From contig JABCTC010000007.1 of assembly GCA_018238545.1 (NCBI GenBank), positions 32,087 to 96,086 on the forward strand: a DNA stretch of 64,000 bases, read 5' to 3'. Under the pieces are notes generated by a model. It saw nothing but the letters and a program-made list of their open reading frames with translations. It was not told where the DNA came from and did not search any database. The translations under genes and the position numbers were made by a program. The stretch's first letter is position 1; each line of letters starts with the position of its first letter. The DNA is from Candidatus Heimdallarchaeota archaeon. GTDB taxonomy: Archaea > Asgardarchaeota > Heimdallarchaeia > Heimdallarchaeales > Heimdallarchaeaceae. Shown here one piece after another: positions 9,682-19,712 of this stretch.

Positions 9682-10282
9682 TACCACCAATTTTGTTTCT
9701 TTCTTGAGCAAGAATAATTGAGAAATAAGTTTCAACTAATGGGGAGGGGATACCTATGTCCTTTAGTTTTTTGCTAATCTCTTTAACAGACATGCTATCC
9801 CGGAGCTGATTGTATTGGAAAGCTACAAACTCTCCATATTCCCATGGATAAACAACCCACAATTGAGTTTCTTGAATGAAATAATTTGGTCTGATAATAC
9901 TATGTTTTTTGTAATATAGTGTTGCAGATTTTATTTCCTTAGGTTTCTTTAATTTTATGTGTTCGATAGCAGCTTCAAGACTTTTCCCAGAGTCTGCTAC
10001 ATCATCAACAATGAGTACAACTTTACCTTCAACATTGTCTGATATTTCTTGTGTGATGATTGGAACGTCCGTTGCTCTGTTATTATTATCATAAAACTCA
10101 ATCTTAATATTAGCTGTCCTTCGATTGCCGTAGAAATCTGCGAGTAAACGAGCTGGAATCCATCCACCTCTAGCAATTCCAACAATAATCTCAGGAAAGT
10201 ATTCCTTCTCAACCATTTTTTCAAACAAGTAAAATGTCATCTGGTAAGCTTGATCCCATGAGACTATTTCATAATCGGTCAT
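9674..10282 (-). CDS. Purine (hypoxanthine/xanthine/guanine-type) phosphoribosyltransferase
   Basis: GIARGG, PRPP-binding VLIVDDVADSGKSL, WVVYPWE; start at MTDYE. Confidence 0.9.
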   Translation of the reverse strand: MTDYEIVSWDQAYQMTFYLFEKMVEKEYFPEIIVGIARGGWIPARLLADFYGNRRTANIKIEFYDNNNRATDVPIITQEISDNVEGKVVLIVDDVADSGKSLEAAIEHIKLKKPKEIKSATLYYKKHSIIRPNYFIQETQLWVVYPWEYGEFVAFQYNQLRDSMSVKEISKKLKDIGIPSPLVETYFSIILAQERNKIGGND

Positions 10283-10404
10283 ATATCCCCACAACTCCAA
10301 AAACATTTTCTTGTTAAAAAAGATTCTCAATGTATCGTAGCCTTGACCTATCCATAAACTTCTCAATTTATATAGTCATATTAGAATCATGAAGGTGAGT
10401 AATT

Positions 10405-12648
10405 ATGTCCTTTATAGAAAGATTAGAATTAACGCAGGAAGAAAAACAAATTTATCAACTTCTCCTGGGATGTGGGCAGTTAACCTCTTTTGAAACTGCT
10501 CAATTTAGTAACTTGCATTTATCGAAGGTAAATGTTGCTCTAGATGCTTTAATAAACAAAGGTGCTATCGGAGTTTCTGAAGGGTATATTAACAAATATT
10601 ATGTTAAAATCCCATTAGAATATTTAGCTGAAACCAGTGAGAGACTGAGTTCTGATATTAAAACAAACCTTAACGAAACAACTAATTTCATACAAAGTAA
10701 GAAAGAAAGTTTCAATCTGTTAAGAGAAAATCTTACTAGACAGTTGGTAGAAAATGCTAAACAAAAGAAAACAGCTATTGATAGCTCGCTTGCTGAAACC
10801 CATTCGTCTCTAGATGCATCAAGTCAAAAACAAAAACAGACGGTAGCAGAAAAATCTACTGCTTTAATTTCCAGATACAATATGTTAGGAGAAGAAAAGA
10901 AAGCAGTTCTCAATGCAGCAATTAAGGGATACTTAGATGAAAATGTGAACAACTTAAATCAAGCTAAAACTACATTGAATACTGTAGTAGGAAACATAAA
11001 ACAGCAAACTGAAGAATCGGTATCCGTTTCAAATAATGAGATATCTCAGCTTTCACAGAACTCTATAAATACAATCCAATCAGTTTCCGAGACTTTACAA
11101 CCAAAGCTAAACGAATTACATCAAAAATACTTATCTGAAGTTAACGAATTGATGCAGCTAATAGAACAAGGAATTGACGTTTCTAAATTGGATGTTAGAG
11201 CTTTCAATAGAGCACAATCAGAAAAATATCTTGGATATTCTTCTGAAATAACAAGAAATGCTGAAAAGAACATTGATTCTGTTTCTGAAACTGTTTCAAC
11301 AAATCTTCAAAATTTGAGAGAATCACTAGACTTGATACTTAACCGAAAAGTAGAGGAACTTTCATTAAATGTTCGAGAAGCTGTTAACTCACTCAATGAG
11401 AAAATTGAAAACATAAAAATTACTCTTGCAAATGAACTACAACAACAGAAGGACACAACTATTTCTGCAACAGTTTCACAGATTAAGGAGAGTATGACTC
11501 TAAAATATACTGATCTCCAAAACAATGAACAAAATCAGAGAAACAATCTAGTGAGTGAGCGAGATATATTTATGCAAAAATTGGAAAGTCATTTTAACGA
11601 GACAATTCAAAGTTATAACGAAAAACTCAGTGAAGTTAAAGTAGGTGCAACTGAAAGATTCACTTCATTTAACGAAGAATTTAGTGATAAGTTCAATGAA
11701 ATCTCGAATAGTGTTGTTGAGAACTTAAATAGCAACATTCAATCATTTCATACGCTCTCTGAGCAACTTAACACAGTTTTTTCAGATTCATATGTTGCTG
11801 GTTCTAACCAATTAAAAGAAAAATGGTCGGATTTAGTAGGCAAAGCTGAAATATTGATTCAAGAAAGTGAAACAACTATTACACAGCACTTTCAAGAAGT
11901 TTCAAATCTAGTTCAAACAACTACTTCTTCCTTTAAGGAAGAGTTAAACAGCTTTTTACAGCAATCACTAGACTCAGCTGTAAAGGAAATTGGACAAATA
12001 GCAAATACATCCAAAGCAAATATAGACGAAGGTAAACAATTGCTTGCAGGCAGTCTTAATTCAGAACTAGATGATTCAGTTAAATTTATCGACGATAATA
12101 ACCGTAAGATGTCGGATACAGCAAATTACCTTCTGAGCATGACAATGAAATTGAAAAACGATTTCAGAACTCTTGAAGCTACTTCAAAAGAAACAACCAT
12201 TCCTCCTGTCCAAACAACGTCTATTGTTGGTCTAGAAGCTGTAAAAGAGAATATTGCTAGAATAGTTAAAGACACAAAACGAGGAGTTACAATATTATCT
12301 CCACACAAAGAATACATCCCCTTAGATGTAATTCAATTGCTACCAACAACAGCTAAGGTTACTGTAGTAACAAATCTGGATGAACACACAGATGGTGATT
12401 GGATTTCTTCAGCAGTAGAATCTCAAGCTAATGTGGAAATAAGAAAGTTAAGAGATTCTGGTACAGGTGTTGAACTACCAAGATTCATCGGTGTTGAAAG
12501 AGAAAATGAAGAAGTTCTTATTGCAGCACAAGATGAAGCTACTGGAGAAGTTGTGGGGATCTTAAGTAAGTCTACTTACTTTGCAAAGCTAGTTTCTTAC
12601 ATAGTTATTGCTGACTTTGCAAGAGGAAGATCATCTCAAATAAAATAA
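10405..12648 (+). CDS. TrmB-type HTH protein with very long helical insert and C-terminal TrmB/PLD-like domain
   Basis: N-terminal LTQEEKQIYQLLL...ALDALINKG wHTH; ~530 aa Q/N/S/E-rich amphipathic helix; C-terminal alpha/beta domain (GLEAVKENIARIV...VTILSP...ERENEEVLIA). Confidence 0.7.
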   Translation: MSFIERLELTQEEKQIYQLLLGCGQLTSFETAQFSNLHLSKVNVALDALINKGAIGVSEGYINKYYVKIPLEYLAETSERLSSDIKTNLNETTNFIQSKKESFNLLRENLTRQLVENAKQKKTAIDSSLAETHSSLDASSQKQKQTVAEKSTALISRYNMLGEEKKAVLNAAIKGYLDENVNNLNQAKTTLNTVVGNIKQQTEESVSVSNNEISQLSQNSINTIQSVSETLQPKLNELHQKYLSEVNELMQLIEQGIDVSKLDVRAFNRAQSEKYLGYSSEITRNAEKNIDSVSETVSTNLQNLRESLDLILNRKVEELSLNVREAVNSLNEKIENIKITLANELQQQKDTTISATVSQIKESMTLKYTDLQNNEQNQRNNLVSERDIFMQKLESHFNETIQSYNEKLSEVKVGATERFTSFNEEFSDKFNEISNSVVENLNSNIQSFHTLSEQLNTVFSDSYVAGSNQLKEKWSDLVGKAEILIQESETTITQHFQEVSNLVQTTTSSFKEELNSFLQQSLDSAVKEIGQIANTSKANIDEGKQLLAGSLNSELDDSVKFIDDNNRKMSDTANYLLSMTMKLKNDFRTLEATSKETTIPPVQTTSIVGLEAVKENIARIVKDTKRGVTILSPHKEYIPLDVIQLLPTTAKVTVVTNLDEHTDGDWISSAVESQANVEIRKLRDSGTGVELPRFIGVERENEEVLIAAQDEATGEVVGILSKSTYFAKLVSYIVIADFARGRSSQIK

Positions 12649-12790
12649 ATGTAACATCTTTCTTTATTCTTTTTTCTTTTTTATTACATAATTTGAAAAA
12701 TTATGATAAAAGCGAGAATCATATAGAGATTGAGAAGACTTTAAGAAGGTGTTCAAAAAATGAGAATCAAAAATAAGGTGTAAAAGAAAA

Positions 12791-12964
12791 ATGCCAACCG
12801 TAGTAGACGCTGATTGTTGTATAGCTTGTGGTGCTTGTGTAGATATATGTCCCGAAAATGTTTATGATTTAAAGGATGTTGCAGTTACTACAAGAAAAGA
12901 GGATTGTACAGATTGTGGATTGTGTATAGACGAATGTCCAAGTGAATGTATAGACTTTGAGTAA
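12791..12964 (+). CDS. 2[4Fe-4S] ferredoxin (57 aa)
   Basis: Not in track. MPTVVDADCCIACGACVDICPENVYDLKDVAVTTRKEDCTDCGLCIDECPSECIDFE; two CxxCxxCxxxCP motifs; aaggtg SD upstream. Confidence 0.95.
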   Translation: MPTVVDADCCIACGACVDICPENVYDLKDVAVTTRKEDCTDCGLCIDECPSECIDFE

Positions 12965-13076
12965 TCCTTTCTACTAGTTTCTATCTTTTTTTGTTCTTTC
13001 AATTTCCTTTTTTACGATGTTTTTATCATTTTTTACCTACATATTTATTTATTGTATTCTAATTATTTTATTAAGT

Positions 13077-16058
13077 ATGGAATCTCTTACTTGTGTTTAT
13101 TTGAAGACTTTGTCCCAAACGGGAGGAGATAATCCCCGAGTTACTATCTTAGTAGACTCTGAGAATAAGAATTTCATCATTAATCTTTGGTCTCCTTGGC
13201 ATGTTATAGGGGAATACATTCAACCATATACTTTACTTAAATTGTTCAATATTGAAAAAATACAAGATAAGGATTCTGTCTATTTCTCAGCAGGATCAAG
13301 TTCTATAGTTGTTGTGAATCCAGATGTGTTGATTAATGCATCAGCTGTAAACAATGTTTCTTTTTGCCCAAGGAGTTATTATCTTAATGAAATAGTCGGT
13401 GAAACAGCATCACCCTATATAGCAATTCGAGGATCAATCATTCACGATAGTTTTGGCTCTGCAATAGCGAGCGGTACTAAGCCTTCAGAACAACTATCTT
13501 CTGTTATAGATTCTTTTTCCTTACAGTTCGAAAAATTCGGTTACACTAAAGATGGCGTCAACAAGGAATTGAGAGAAATGGCGGAGAGTCTGGATTCTTT
13601 TGTCGAAAGATTGAAGGGTGATTCTATTCCTGAAATATTGTTTCTATCACCCACTTTTGGTATTCGAGGGAGAATAGATCTCTTCAATTCAGGGCATATT
13701 TATGAACTTAAAACTGGGAAAGTTCATGCAGATGACAATATTAGATTTTCTGATTTACTTCAAGTTACACTCTACAAATATGGTCTTGATGATTATTTAG
13801 ATTTGTCAAAACCTGATGATGGTACTGTGATATATGTTGGAACCAACAAAGCTATTCTTAAGAAGGCACAACCTTCTTGGAACCTTCTTAGATATGCGAT
13901 AGAACAGCGAAACATAGCCTACCGAATTTCTTACTTGGGATATAATCCTCCAATTCTGCCTGAAGATAAAATGAATAAATGCAAAAAATGTTCTGTAAAA
14001 CACTTTTGTGCCATGGTTTGTGCAGGTTTAAACCAAGAAAGAAGATGCACAACCTGTCCACATGACTTGCTATGCACACACAATGCTATGCCTGACACAT
14101 ACCAAGAATACTTTAATCGTTTCACAAATTGGATACGTGAAGAAAGGAATGAATCTTCTCAGAATTTTGCAAGTTTGTGGAAGTTAGATATAAAACAGAG
14201 AGTTGCAAAAGGAAAAACAATAGATGGTTTGAAACTTGAAAGTGAGATAAAAGAAAATGGGAACACCAAATTGATTTTTTCATGTAATAATATGTCTGAA
14301 CTGAGAGAAGGAGATATTATCGTTTTAAGTGAGGGAATACTCAAAGGTAGTGTAATTACGGGGGCTGTTTCAAGAATTTCTAAAAATTCACTTGAAATAT
14401 CAACTCGGGCTGTTGCTGGAACTATTTCCGTTGTAGACATCTATTCATTAGATGTAGGATTTAGGAGACAGCAAAGGGGGTTATTCAATTTAGTCTTCAA
14501 GAGAAACAATTTCAGACAGACTATTCTTGATACAACATCTCCAATTATAAAATCAGTTAAGGGTGAGTTTATCAAAAACAACCCCGTACAAAATGAAGGC
14601 ATTGAGAGAATATTAGGGACGAAAAATTTCTCCTTAATTCAAGGACCAGCAGGAACAGGAAAAACATATGTCATTGCAAAGTCTGCTATAATACTAGCAA
14701 AAAAAGGTGAAAAAGTTCTTCTTACTGCTTTCACTAATCGGGCAGTTGATAATATATGCTCTTACCTAATAGCAAATCATTTTACCAATTTTATACGGTT
14801 AGGACGAAAATATTCCACGCAGGATGAAATTAAAGAGTATACTCTTGAAACATATAGAGAAAATAAACCAGATAAATCATATTCTCAATTATTAAATGAG
14901 GTTCCTATTATTGTCGCAACTACATCCACAATATCAAGCCCAAATTTTGAGAAATTAGGAATACAAACAATCATAATTGATGAAGCAAGTCAGATGACAG
15001 AACCAACTGTACTATCGGCTCTAATGGAAGGAGATAGGTTTATTCTTGTAGGGGATCATAAGCAATTGCCCCCAGTTGTACAAAGCAAAAAAGCTCAGGA
15101 CGAGGGGTTAAGTGTTTCATTATTCGAGAGATTGGCTAAAGTTTACCCAGAGTCTATTCATCTATTAACTCATCAGTTTCGTATGAATGAGAAGCTTGTA
15201 GATTTTTCCAATGAAAAATTCTATGAAGGAAAACTGAAATCATTTGATAACTTGGTAAAATTACAAAACCTTCTTGACTTAAGCAATTTTACAGGAGATT
15301 ACTCTCAATTAGACTCTCCAGAAATTTATGACCCAAAAACGCCATTAGTTTATGTTCCTGTAAGAGGAACGTTTTATCATGATAAGAAAATTAACAAAAA
15401 AGAAGCTGAATCAGTTGGGTTGATCGTGAAAAATTTCTTGAAACTTGGTTTGAATATCAATCAAATGGGAATAATTGGTCCTTATAGAGGACAAGTTGGA
15501 GAAATGAGAAGATATCTTCCACCTAATCTCACAACTGATACAGTTGATCGGTTTCAAGGAAGTGATAGGGAACTAATTGTTCTATCCTTAACCGAATCTC
15601 AGTCGAGTGGGAGTAGGGGATTTGGAGATGAACGAAGATTAAACGTAGCCATAACAAGAGCAAAGAAGAAGCTTATTGTTGTAGGGGATCCACAAATCAA
15701 CAAAGGAATTTTGAGTGATTATATAGCTTATCTGAAAACTAATGCCTCTGTTGCTGTTACTGAAAAACAAGATAGAAGCGAATCACCAAAAATTGATGAA
15801 GAAAGCATTGTGGTTGCTGACAATCTTTCCAAAACAGCACGTTTCTTCAAAAAGATCCAGAGCAAAGGAAAACAGCTTATTGAAAGTCAAGAAGCTAAGT
15901 ACAAATGCATGATCTGTTTTCAACAAGTTTACGAAAATGGTTTGGAATGTCCCTTTTGCAAGCATATTTTTCATTATGACCACCTTGTATTATGGATAAG
16001 TGAAAAAGGTAGATGCCCATATTGTAAAACAAAACTAAGTATATTCAAAACTATTTAA
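13077..16058 (+). CDS. Dna2-like Fe-S nuclease/SF1B helicase with C-terminal RING finger
   Basis: FCPR...GRIDL...YELKTG...CKKCSVKHFC (Dna2/Cas4-type nuclease); GPAGTGKT, DEASQ, LVGDHKQLPP, SLFERL, TVDRFQG, RRLNVAITRAK; terminal CMIC...CPFC..FHYDH...W...CPYC. Start placed at MESLT. Confidence 0.88.
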   Translation: MESLTCVYLKTLSQTGGDNPRVTILVDSENKNFIINLWSPWHVIGEYIQPYTLLKLFNIEKIQDKDSVYFSAGSSSIVVVNPDVLINASAVNNVSFCPRSYYLNEIVGETASPYIAIRGSIIHDSFGSAIASGTKPSEQLSSVIDSFSLQFEKFGYTKDGVNKELREMAESLDSFVERLKGDSIPEILFLSPTFGIRGRIDLFNSGHIYELKTGKVHADDNIRFSDLLQVTLYKYGLDDYLDLSKPDDGTVIYVGTNKAILKKAQPSWNLLRYAIEQRNIAYRISYLGYNPPILPEDKMNKCKKCSVKHFCAMVCAGLNQERRCTTCPHDLLCTHNAMPDTYQEYFNRFTNWIREERNESSQNFASLWKLDIKQRVAKGKTIDGLKLESEIKENGNTKLIFSCNNMSELREGDIIVLSEGILKGSVITGAVSRISKNSLEISTRAVAGTISVVDIYSLDVGFRRQQRGLFNLVFKRNNFRQTILDTTSPIIKSVKGEFIKNNPVQNEGIERILGTKNFSLIQGPAGTGKTYVIAKSAIILAKKGEKVLLTAFTNRAVDNICSYLIANHFTNFIRLGRKYSTQDEIKEYTLETYRENKPDKSYSQLLNEVPIIVATTSTISSPNFEKLGIQTIIIDEASQMTEPTVLSALMEGDRFILVGDHKQLPPVVQSKKAQDEGLSVSLFERLAKVYPESIHLLTHQFRMNEKLVDFSNEKFYEGKLKSFDNLVKLQNLLDLSNFTGDYSQLDSPEIYDPKTPLVYVPVRGTFYHDKKINKKEAESVGLIVKNFLKLGLNINQMGIIGPYRGQVGEMRRYLPPNLTTDTVDRFQGSDRELIVLSLTESQSSGSRGFGDERRLNVAITRAKKKLIVVGDPQINKGILSDYIAYLKTNASVAVTEKQDRSESPKIDEESIVVADNLSKTARFFKKIQSKGKQLIESQEAKYKCMICFQQVYENGLECPFCKHIFHYDHLVLWISEKGRCPYCKTKLSIFKTI

Positions 16059-16104
16059 AAACTAAATTAAAATAAAAAGAAAAGAAAAAAGAAAAAAAGT
16101 TTCT

Positions 16105-17913
16105 TTATTTCTTGTATTTTCTAAATCCAACTACTGCTGCTAGTCCTAAGAATGATAGGAACACTAAACCTGCGATACCTGCTGCTGGAGGAATTTCCAC
16201 TTCAACAACGTATCCTGCGGCTTCGATGTAGTCAATTGCCATATCTAAATCATATGCGTAAGGTTCTAGATCTTTGTTGAATCCTACTACTGAATCTGGA
16301 CATGGAATAACACCAGGTGCGCCTAATCCCTCTAGAATTTCGTTTACAATTGTATCACGAGGAACTGCATGACTAATAGCTTTTCTAATGCCTTTTGCTG
16401 CGGCAACTGTACCTACTGGAGTTAATTCTCCGGTTCCCATTATAGGATGTTTGAGGTTTACAGCCATTTCTTGATGAGATGGATCTTTAACTAGAACTCC
16501 TTCAACACCAGTTACGCCTACAAAGTCGGCTAATACTGGGAAGTATTGAGCATCCATAATATCAACAGTACCTGCGATCAATTCGGCAACTGCGCTGTCT
16601 TTACCAGCTACAAAGGTTAGATACCAATCAGTTAAGAGAGGGGCAGTTCCAACATAATGATCGTTGGGTTTCATGTGTATGACGCTATTTACTGAATCAT
16701 ATGCAAATAACTTGAAAGGTCCACAAGATGTAACTAAATCGGCACCAACATCACCAGTTAATGGTACTTCATTGAAGATATCGTAACCATGGTCTACAAT
16801 AGCTTGTGCAACAACAGTTTTTTCAATTATACCAAATGTTAGCAAAGCTTTTGCAAAGTTGAATACTGCTGTTAATTCGAAGCGCAATTCACCACCTGCT
16901 ACGTCTGGACCAACAATTGATATAGAGTTGTTGGTTTCAAACCATTTGGTTAGGTAACCATAACTTGAGGAACCTACTCCAGGTGTCATGTGCAATTCAT
17001 AACTGTATTTAACATCAGATGGTAACACTGGATCACCATTGCTGAATTTTGCATCAGGATCTAAGAACACTGTCATGTTAATTTTGTCAATATCATCAAT
17101 AGGATCATATAGTACATCTGAAATTGTTGAGTTTAGAGCAATTTCTTCAGTGTATTCTGCTGTGACTTGTGCTCTCTTATAGAGAGATCCATAAACAGTT
17201 TGCATCCATTGCATGTCATAGAATGATTCTGCGACATAGATATTTGGTTCTTTTAGATCTGCTGGTACGGCATATTTGATGATATGATCTACTGGATCGT
17301 CCCAGTTTTCTGCTCTGTGATTAGAACTTGCAATCAATAATCCGTCAATTCCAACTAATCCTTCTTTGAAACCAAAGAGTGATCTTGGATAGACTAGACA
17401 AATTGCTGGCAAATCTTCATAGAGAATATCTTGAAGCTCGTGTGCATAACCAGTTCTAGTTGTATCATCAAGTTCTGTTAGATACTGATCTAATTTTGCA
17501 TCATATACAGGATTGATGTATTGATAGAAGTTATCACCGTTTGGAATTAAACTTGCGGTGTCATACAAACCGGTTGGGTCCCAATCAAGTCCCCAGCTCC
17601 ATCCTACAAAGAAGAGGTCGTAACCACCCTCTGAATAGGTTGGAATGTAATCAAAATCAAGTAGTGGATAACTCCATGTACGGGGGGCAATGTTTCCCCA
17701 TCCAGTTGATTCATGGAAGTTTATGCCAATACCAATCTGTGGTAACTGTTGTTCCATCAACAGTGACCATTGATTACGGGCTGCGCTTGTGTTGGGTGAA
17801 AGTAAGTTAACTGAAAAAGCGATTTGTATTTCTGTTTCTTGTGCTTGTGCAAGGTATGTACTCATACTGAACAAGACTATTAGGGTTAAACCCAATAATG
17901 CTTTTTTCTTCAT
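16105..17913 (-). CDS. ABC transporter substrate-binding protein, family 5 (peptide/nickel), C-terminal membrane anchor
   Basis: Signal peptide; AKFSNGDP..DVKYS, GPFKL, RKAISHAVPR; TM plus RKYKK tail. Domain order looks permuted relative to DppA. Confidence 0.85.
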   Translation of the reverse strand: MKKKALLGLTLIVLFSMSTYLAQAQETEIQIAFSVNLLSPNTSAARNQWSLLMEQQLPQIGIGINFHESTGWGNIAPRTWSYPLLDFDYIPTYSEGGYDLFFVGWSWGLDWDPTGLYDTASLIPNGDNFYQYINPVYDAKLDQYLTELDDTTRTGYAHELQDILYEDLPAICLVYPRSLFGFKEGLVGIDGLLIASSNHRAENWDDPVDHIIKYAVPADLKEPNIYVAESFYDMQWMQTVYGSLYKRAQVTAEYTEEIALNSTISDVLYDPIDDIDKINMTVFLDPDAKFSNGDPVLPSDVKYSYELHMTPGVGSSSYGYLTKWFETNNSISIVGPDVAGGELRFELTAVFNFAKALLTFGIIEKTVVAQAIVDHGYDIFNEVPLTGDVGADLVTSCGPFKLFAYDSVNSVIHMKPNDHYVGTAPLLTDWYLTFVAGKDSAVAELIAGTVDIMDAQYFPVLADFVGVTGVEGVLVKDPSHQEMAVNLKHPIMGTGELTPVGTVAAAKGIRKAISHAVPRDTIVNEILEGLGAPGVIPCPDSVVGFNKDLEPYAYDLDMAIDYIEAAGYVVEVEIPPAAGIAGLVFLSFLGLAAVVGFRKYKK

Positions 17914-18118
17914 ATTTTTTTCACCTATAAATTTCCCACTAAAAAGTAAACTTTACAGTGGAAGCATTTCCAAAGTGTTAATACAGCTTAATAAAGGTTT
18001 TGCGTTTCCATTTCAATAGTTGGAATCGATTTTGTATTATATAAGAGAGGTTTGTACTAATCTGTAATGCGGGTGGTTTAAACGTGGATTTACTTCTTGA
18101 AATAATTTAAAGAGAGTT

Positions 18119-18592
18119 TTATCCGAAGTACTCAATAAGCTTCAAAATTTGTATCAGTACCATAAGATAAACTAGGAGCAAAGATGCAGCAATATAGTAC
18201 GTAAAAGAATTGAATGTTGCTTCTCGGAAACTGTCTTTACTCATCGGTGCAGATTTGAAAAGTCTAGCTTTCAAATTTGTAATAGCAATTGATTGCCCGA
18301 AATTACCTACACAAGCTCCAAGAAATACAACGAAACCTACTTCACCAAAGAACAAATATTGCGAAATATCTTGTATTGTTAAGAGGTCATCAAAACCTAA
18401 ACCATAAATAATTATTATCATTATAATGATATTAATAACTGTAAAAATTATCGATGTAATAAATCCCAATAATGTAATGCGTATCCAATTTACCTTTACT
18501 CTTTCTTCTTTTTCCTCAGCTTTTTTTTCATTGTTATTGGCATTTGTGCTCTTTTTTCTTGTTTTTCCCACTTTTTTACTTATTGAGCCCAT
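18119..18592 (-). CDS. Three-TM membrane protein
   Basis: Basic N-terminus and three hydrophobic segments; overlaps the ATPase stop. Confidence 0.7.
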   Translation of the reverse strand: MGSISKKVGKTRKKSTNANNNEKKAEEKEERVKVNWIRITLLGFITSIIFTVINIIIMIIIIYGLGFDDLLTIQDISQYLFFGEVGFVVFLGACVGNFGQSIAITNLKARLFKSAPMSKDSFREATFNSFTYYIAASLLLVYLMVLIQILKLIEYFG

Positions 18593-19613
18593 TATTGTCC
18601 CCTTTGTCAGTTATTGGTGCTCCGCAATTTGAACAGAACTTTATTCCATTCTTAACTTGATTCCCACACATTGTGCATGTTATTACGCTTTTAATATTAT
18701 TGGGCGTGAAATCTGTTTGATGTATGGGGTGCAGGATTATTTTACCATTTTCCATTTCTATTGAAAAATGTTTAGGGTTATCCATTTCTTGTAAAATAGT
18801 TTTGGGGAGAACTATGCGACTTTGTCGATCAATTTCTAATAACCTGCTATCTTCTAGCTTTCTGAGACTTATTTCACTTCCATGCTGACCAATTATTACA
18901 CCATCTCTCAGTTCAAGGATTCTATCAGCTCTAGCTGCAACTTGCTGTGAATGTGTTACAATACAGATAGCTATTCCAAGTTCTTCGTTGATTCTGTCAA
19001 ATAAGTCTAAAATGCTTTCTGCAGTTTCCACATCTAAATCGCCTGTAGGCTCATCTCCTATCAATATTTTGGGATTGGTTATAAGGGTCGTAGCTATGGC
19101 AGCTCTCTTCTTTTCTCCTCCAGAAAGCGTGTCTTCTCGTTTCATTCTTTTATCCCAAATTCCAAGAAATTTTAGTAGAAATTCAGCTCTTTGTTTCACA
19201 ACCTTTGGTTGTACTTTCGCATAATAACCTGCTAACTCTATGTTCTCTTTTACTGTTAGATGAGATAATAGCTTACTGTCTTGAAAAATAACTCCTGCAA
19301 ATCTTCTTCTTGCCTTTATTATTTCTTCATAGGTAGATCTTGTAATATCTTTTGAAAGCTCTTTCCAAAACACTTTGCCTGATGTGGGTTTAGTAATTCC
19401 TGCTACTACATTTACTAGAGTAGTTTTTCCAGATCCACTTGGACCAATTAGAAATAATTTTTCTTGAGGCTTTACTTTGAAAGAAACACCTCTTAATGCC
19501 TGTGTTTCTATTTTTCCAGTTTGGTAAATCTTGATTATATCTTCAGCAACTAATAGTGGTTCTGTATCACTGATTGCTTCAGTTCCATGGGTTGGAGAGC
19601 TAATAGTTGCCAT
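18576..19613 (-). CDS. LolD/MacB-type ABC ATPase with C-terminal AbrB-like domain and zinc ribbon
   Basis: GPSGSGKT, LSGGE, GDEPTGDLD, VTH; IDRQSRIVLP...ENGKIILHP; CTMC...CSNCG. Confidence 0.88.
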   Translation of the reverse strand: MATISSPTHGTEAISDTEPLLVAEDIIKIYQTGKIETQALRGVSFKVKPQEKLFLIGPSGSGKTTLVNVVAGITKPTSGKVFWKELSKDITRSTYEEIIKARRRFAGVIFQDSKLLSHLTVKENIELAGYYAKVQPKVVKQRAEFLLKFLGIWDKRMKREDTLSGGEKKRAAIATTLITNPKILIGDEPTGDLDVETAESILDLFDRINEELGIAICIVTHSQQVAARADRILELRDGVIIGQHGSEISLRKLEDSRLLEIDRQSRIVLPKTILQEMDNPKHFSIEMENGKIILHPIHQTDFTPNNIKSVITCTMCGNQVKNGIKFCSNCGAPITDKGDNNGLNK

Positions 19614-19712
19614 TGTTGTAAATCTCCTCTCTTATACACTAATAAAATTGTTTATTGATAAAAATCCGTTCAAAATAGAAAAGGATAAAGAAAAGAAGGT
19701 GTATTTCTTTAT

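Noticed and set aside
12760-12783. 7-aa upstream ORF (MRIKNKV) before the ferredoxin
   Set aside because: Too short to distinguish from chance; it contains the ferredoxin SD.
13017-13076. Hydrophobic N-terminal extension suggesting a membrane-anchored Dna2
   Set aside because: Translation of T-rich intergenic DNA; ATG 13077 is the more plausible start.
13350-14010. Cas4-like motifs as evidence of a CRISPR-Cas locus
   Set aside because: Part of the Dna2-like fusion; no cas genes or array in the window.
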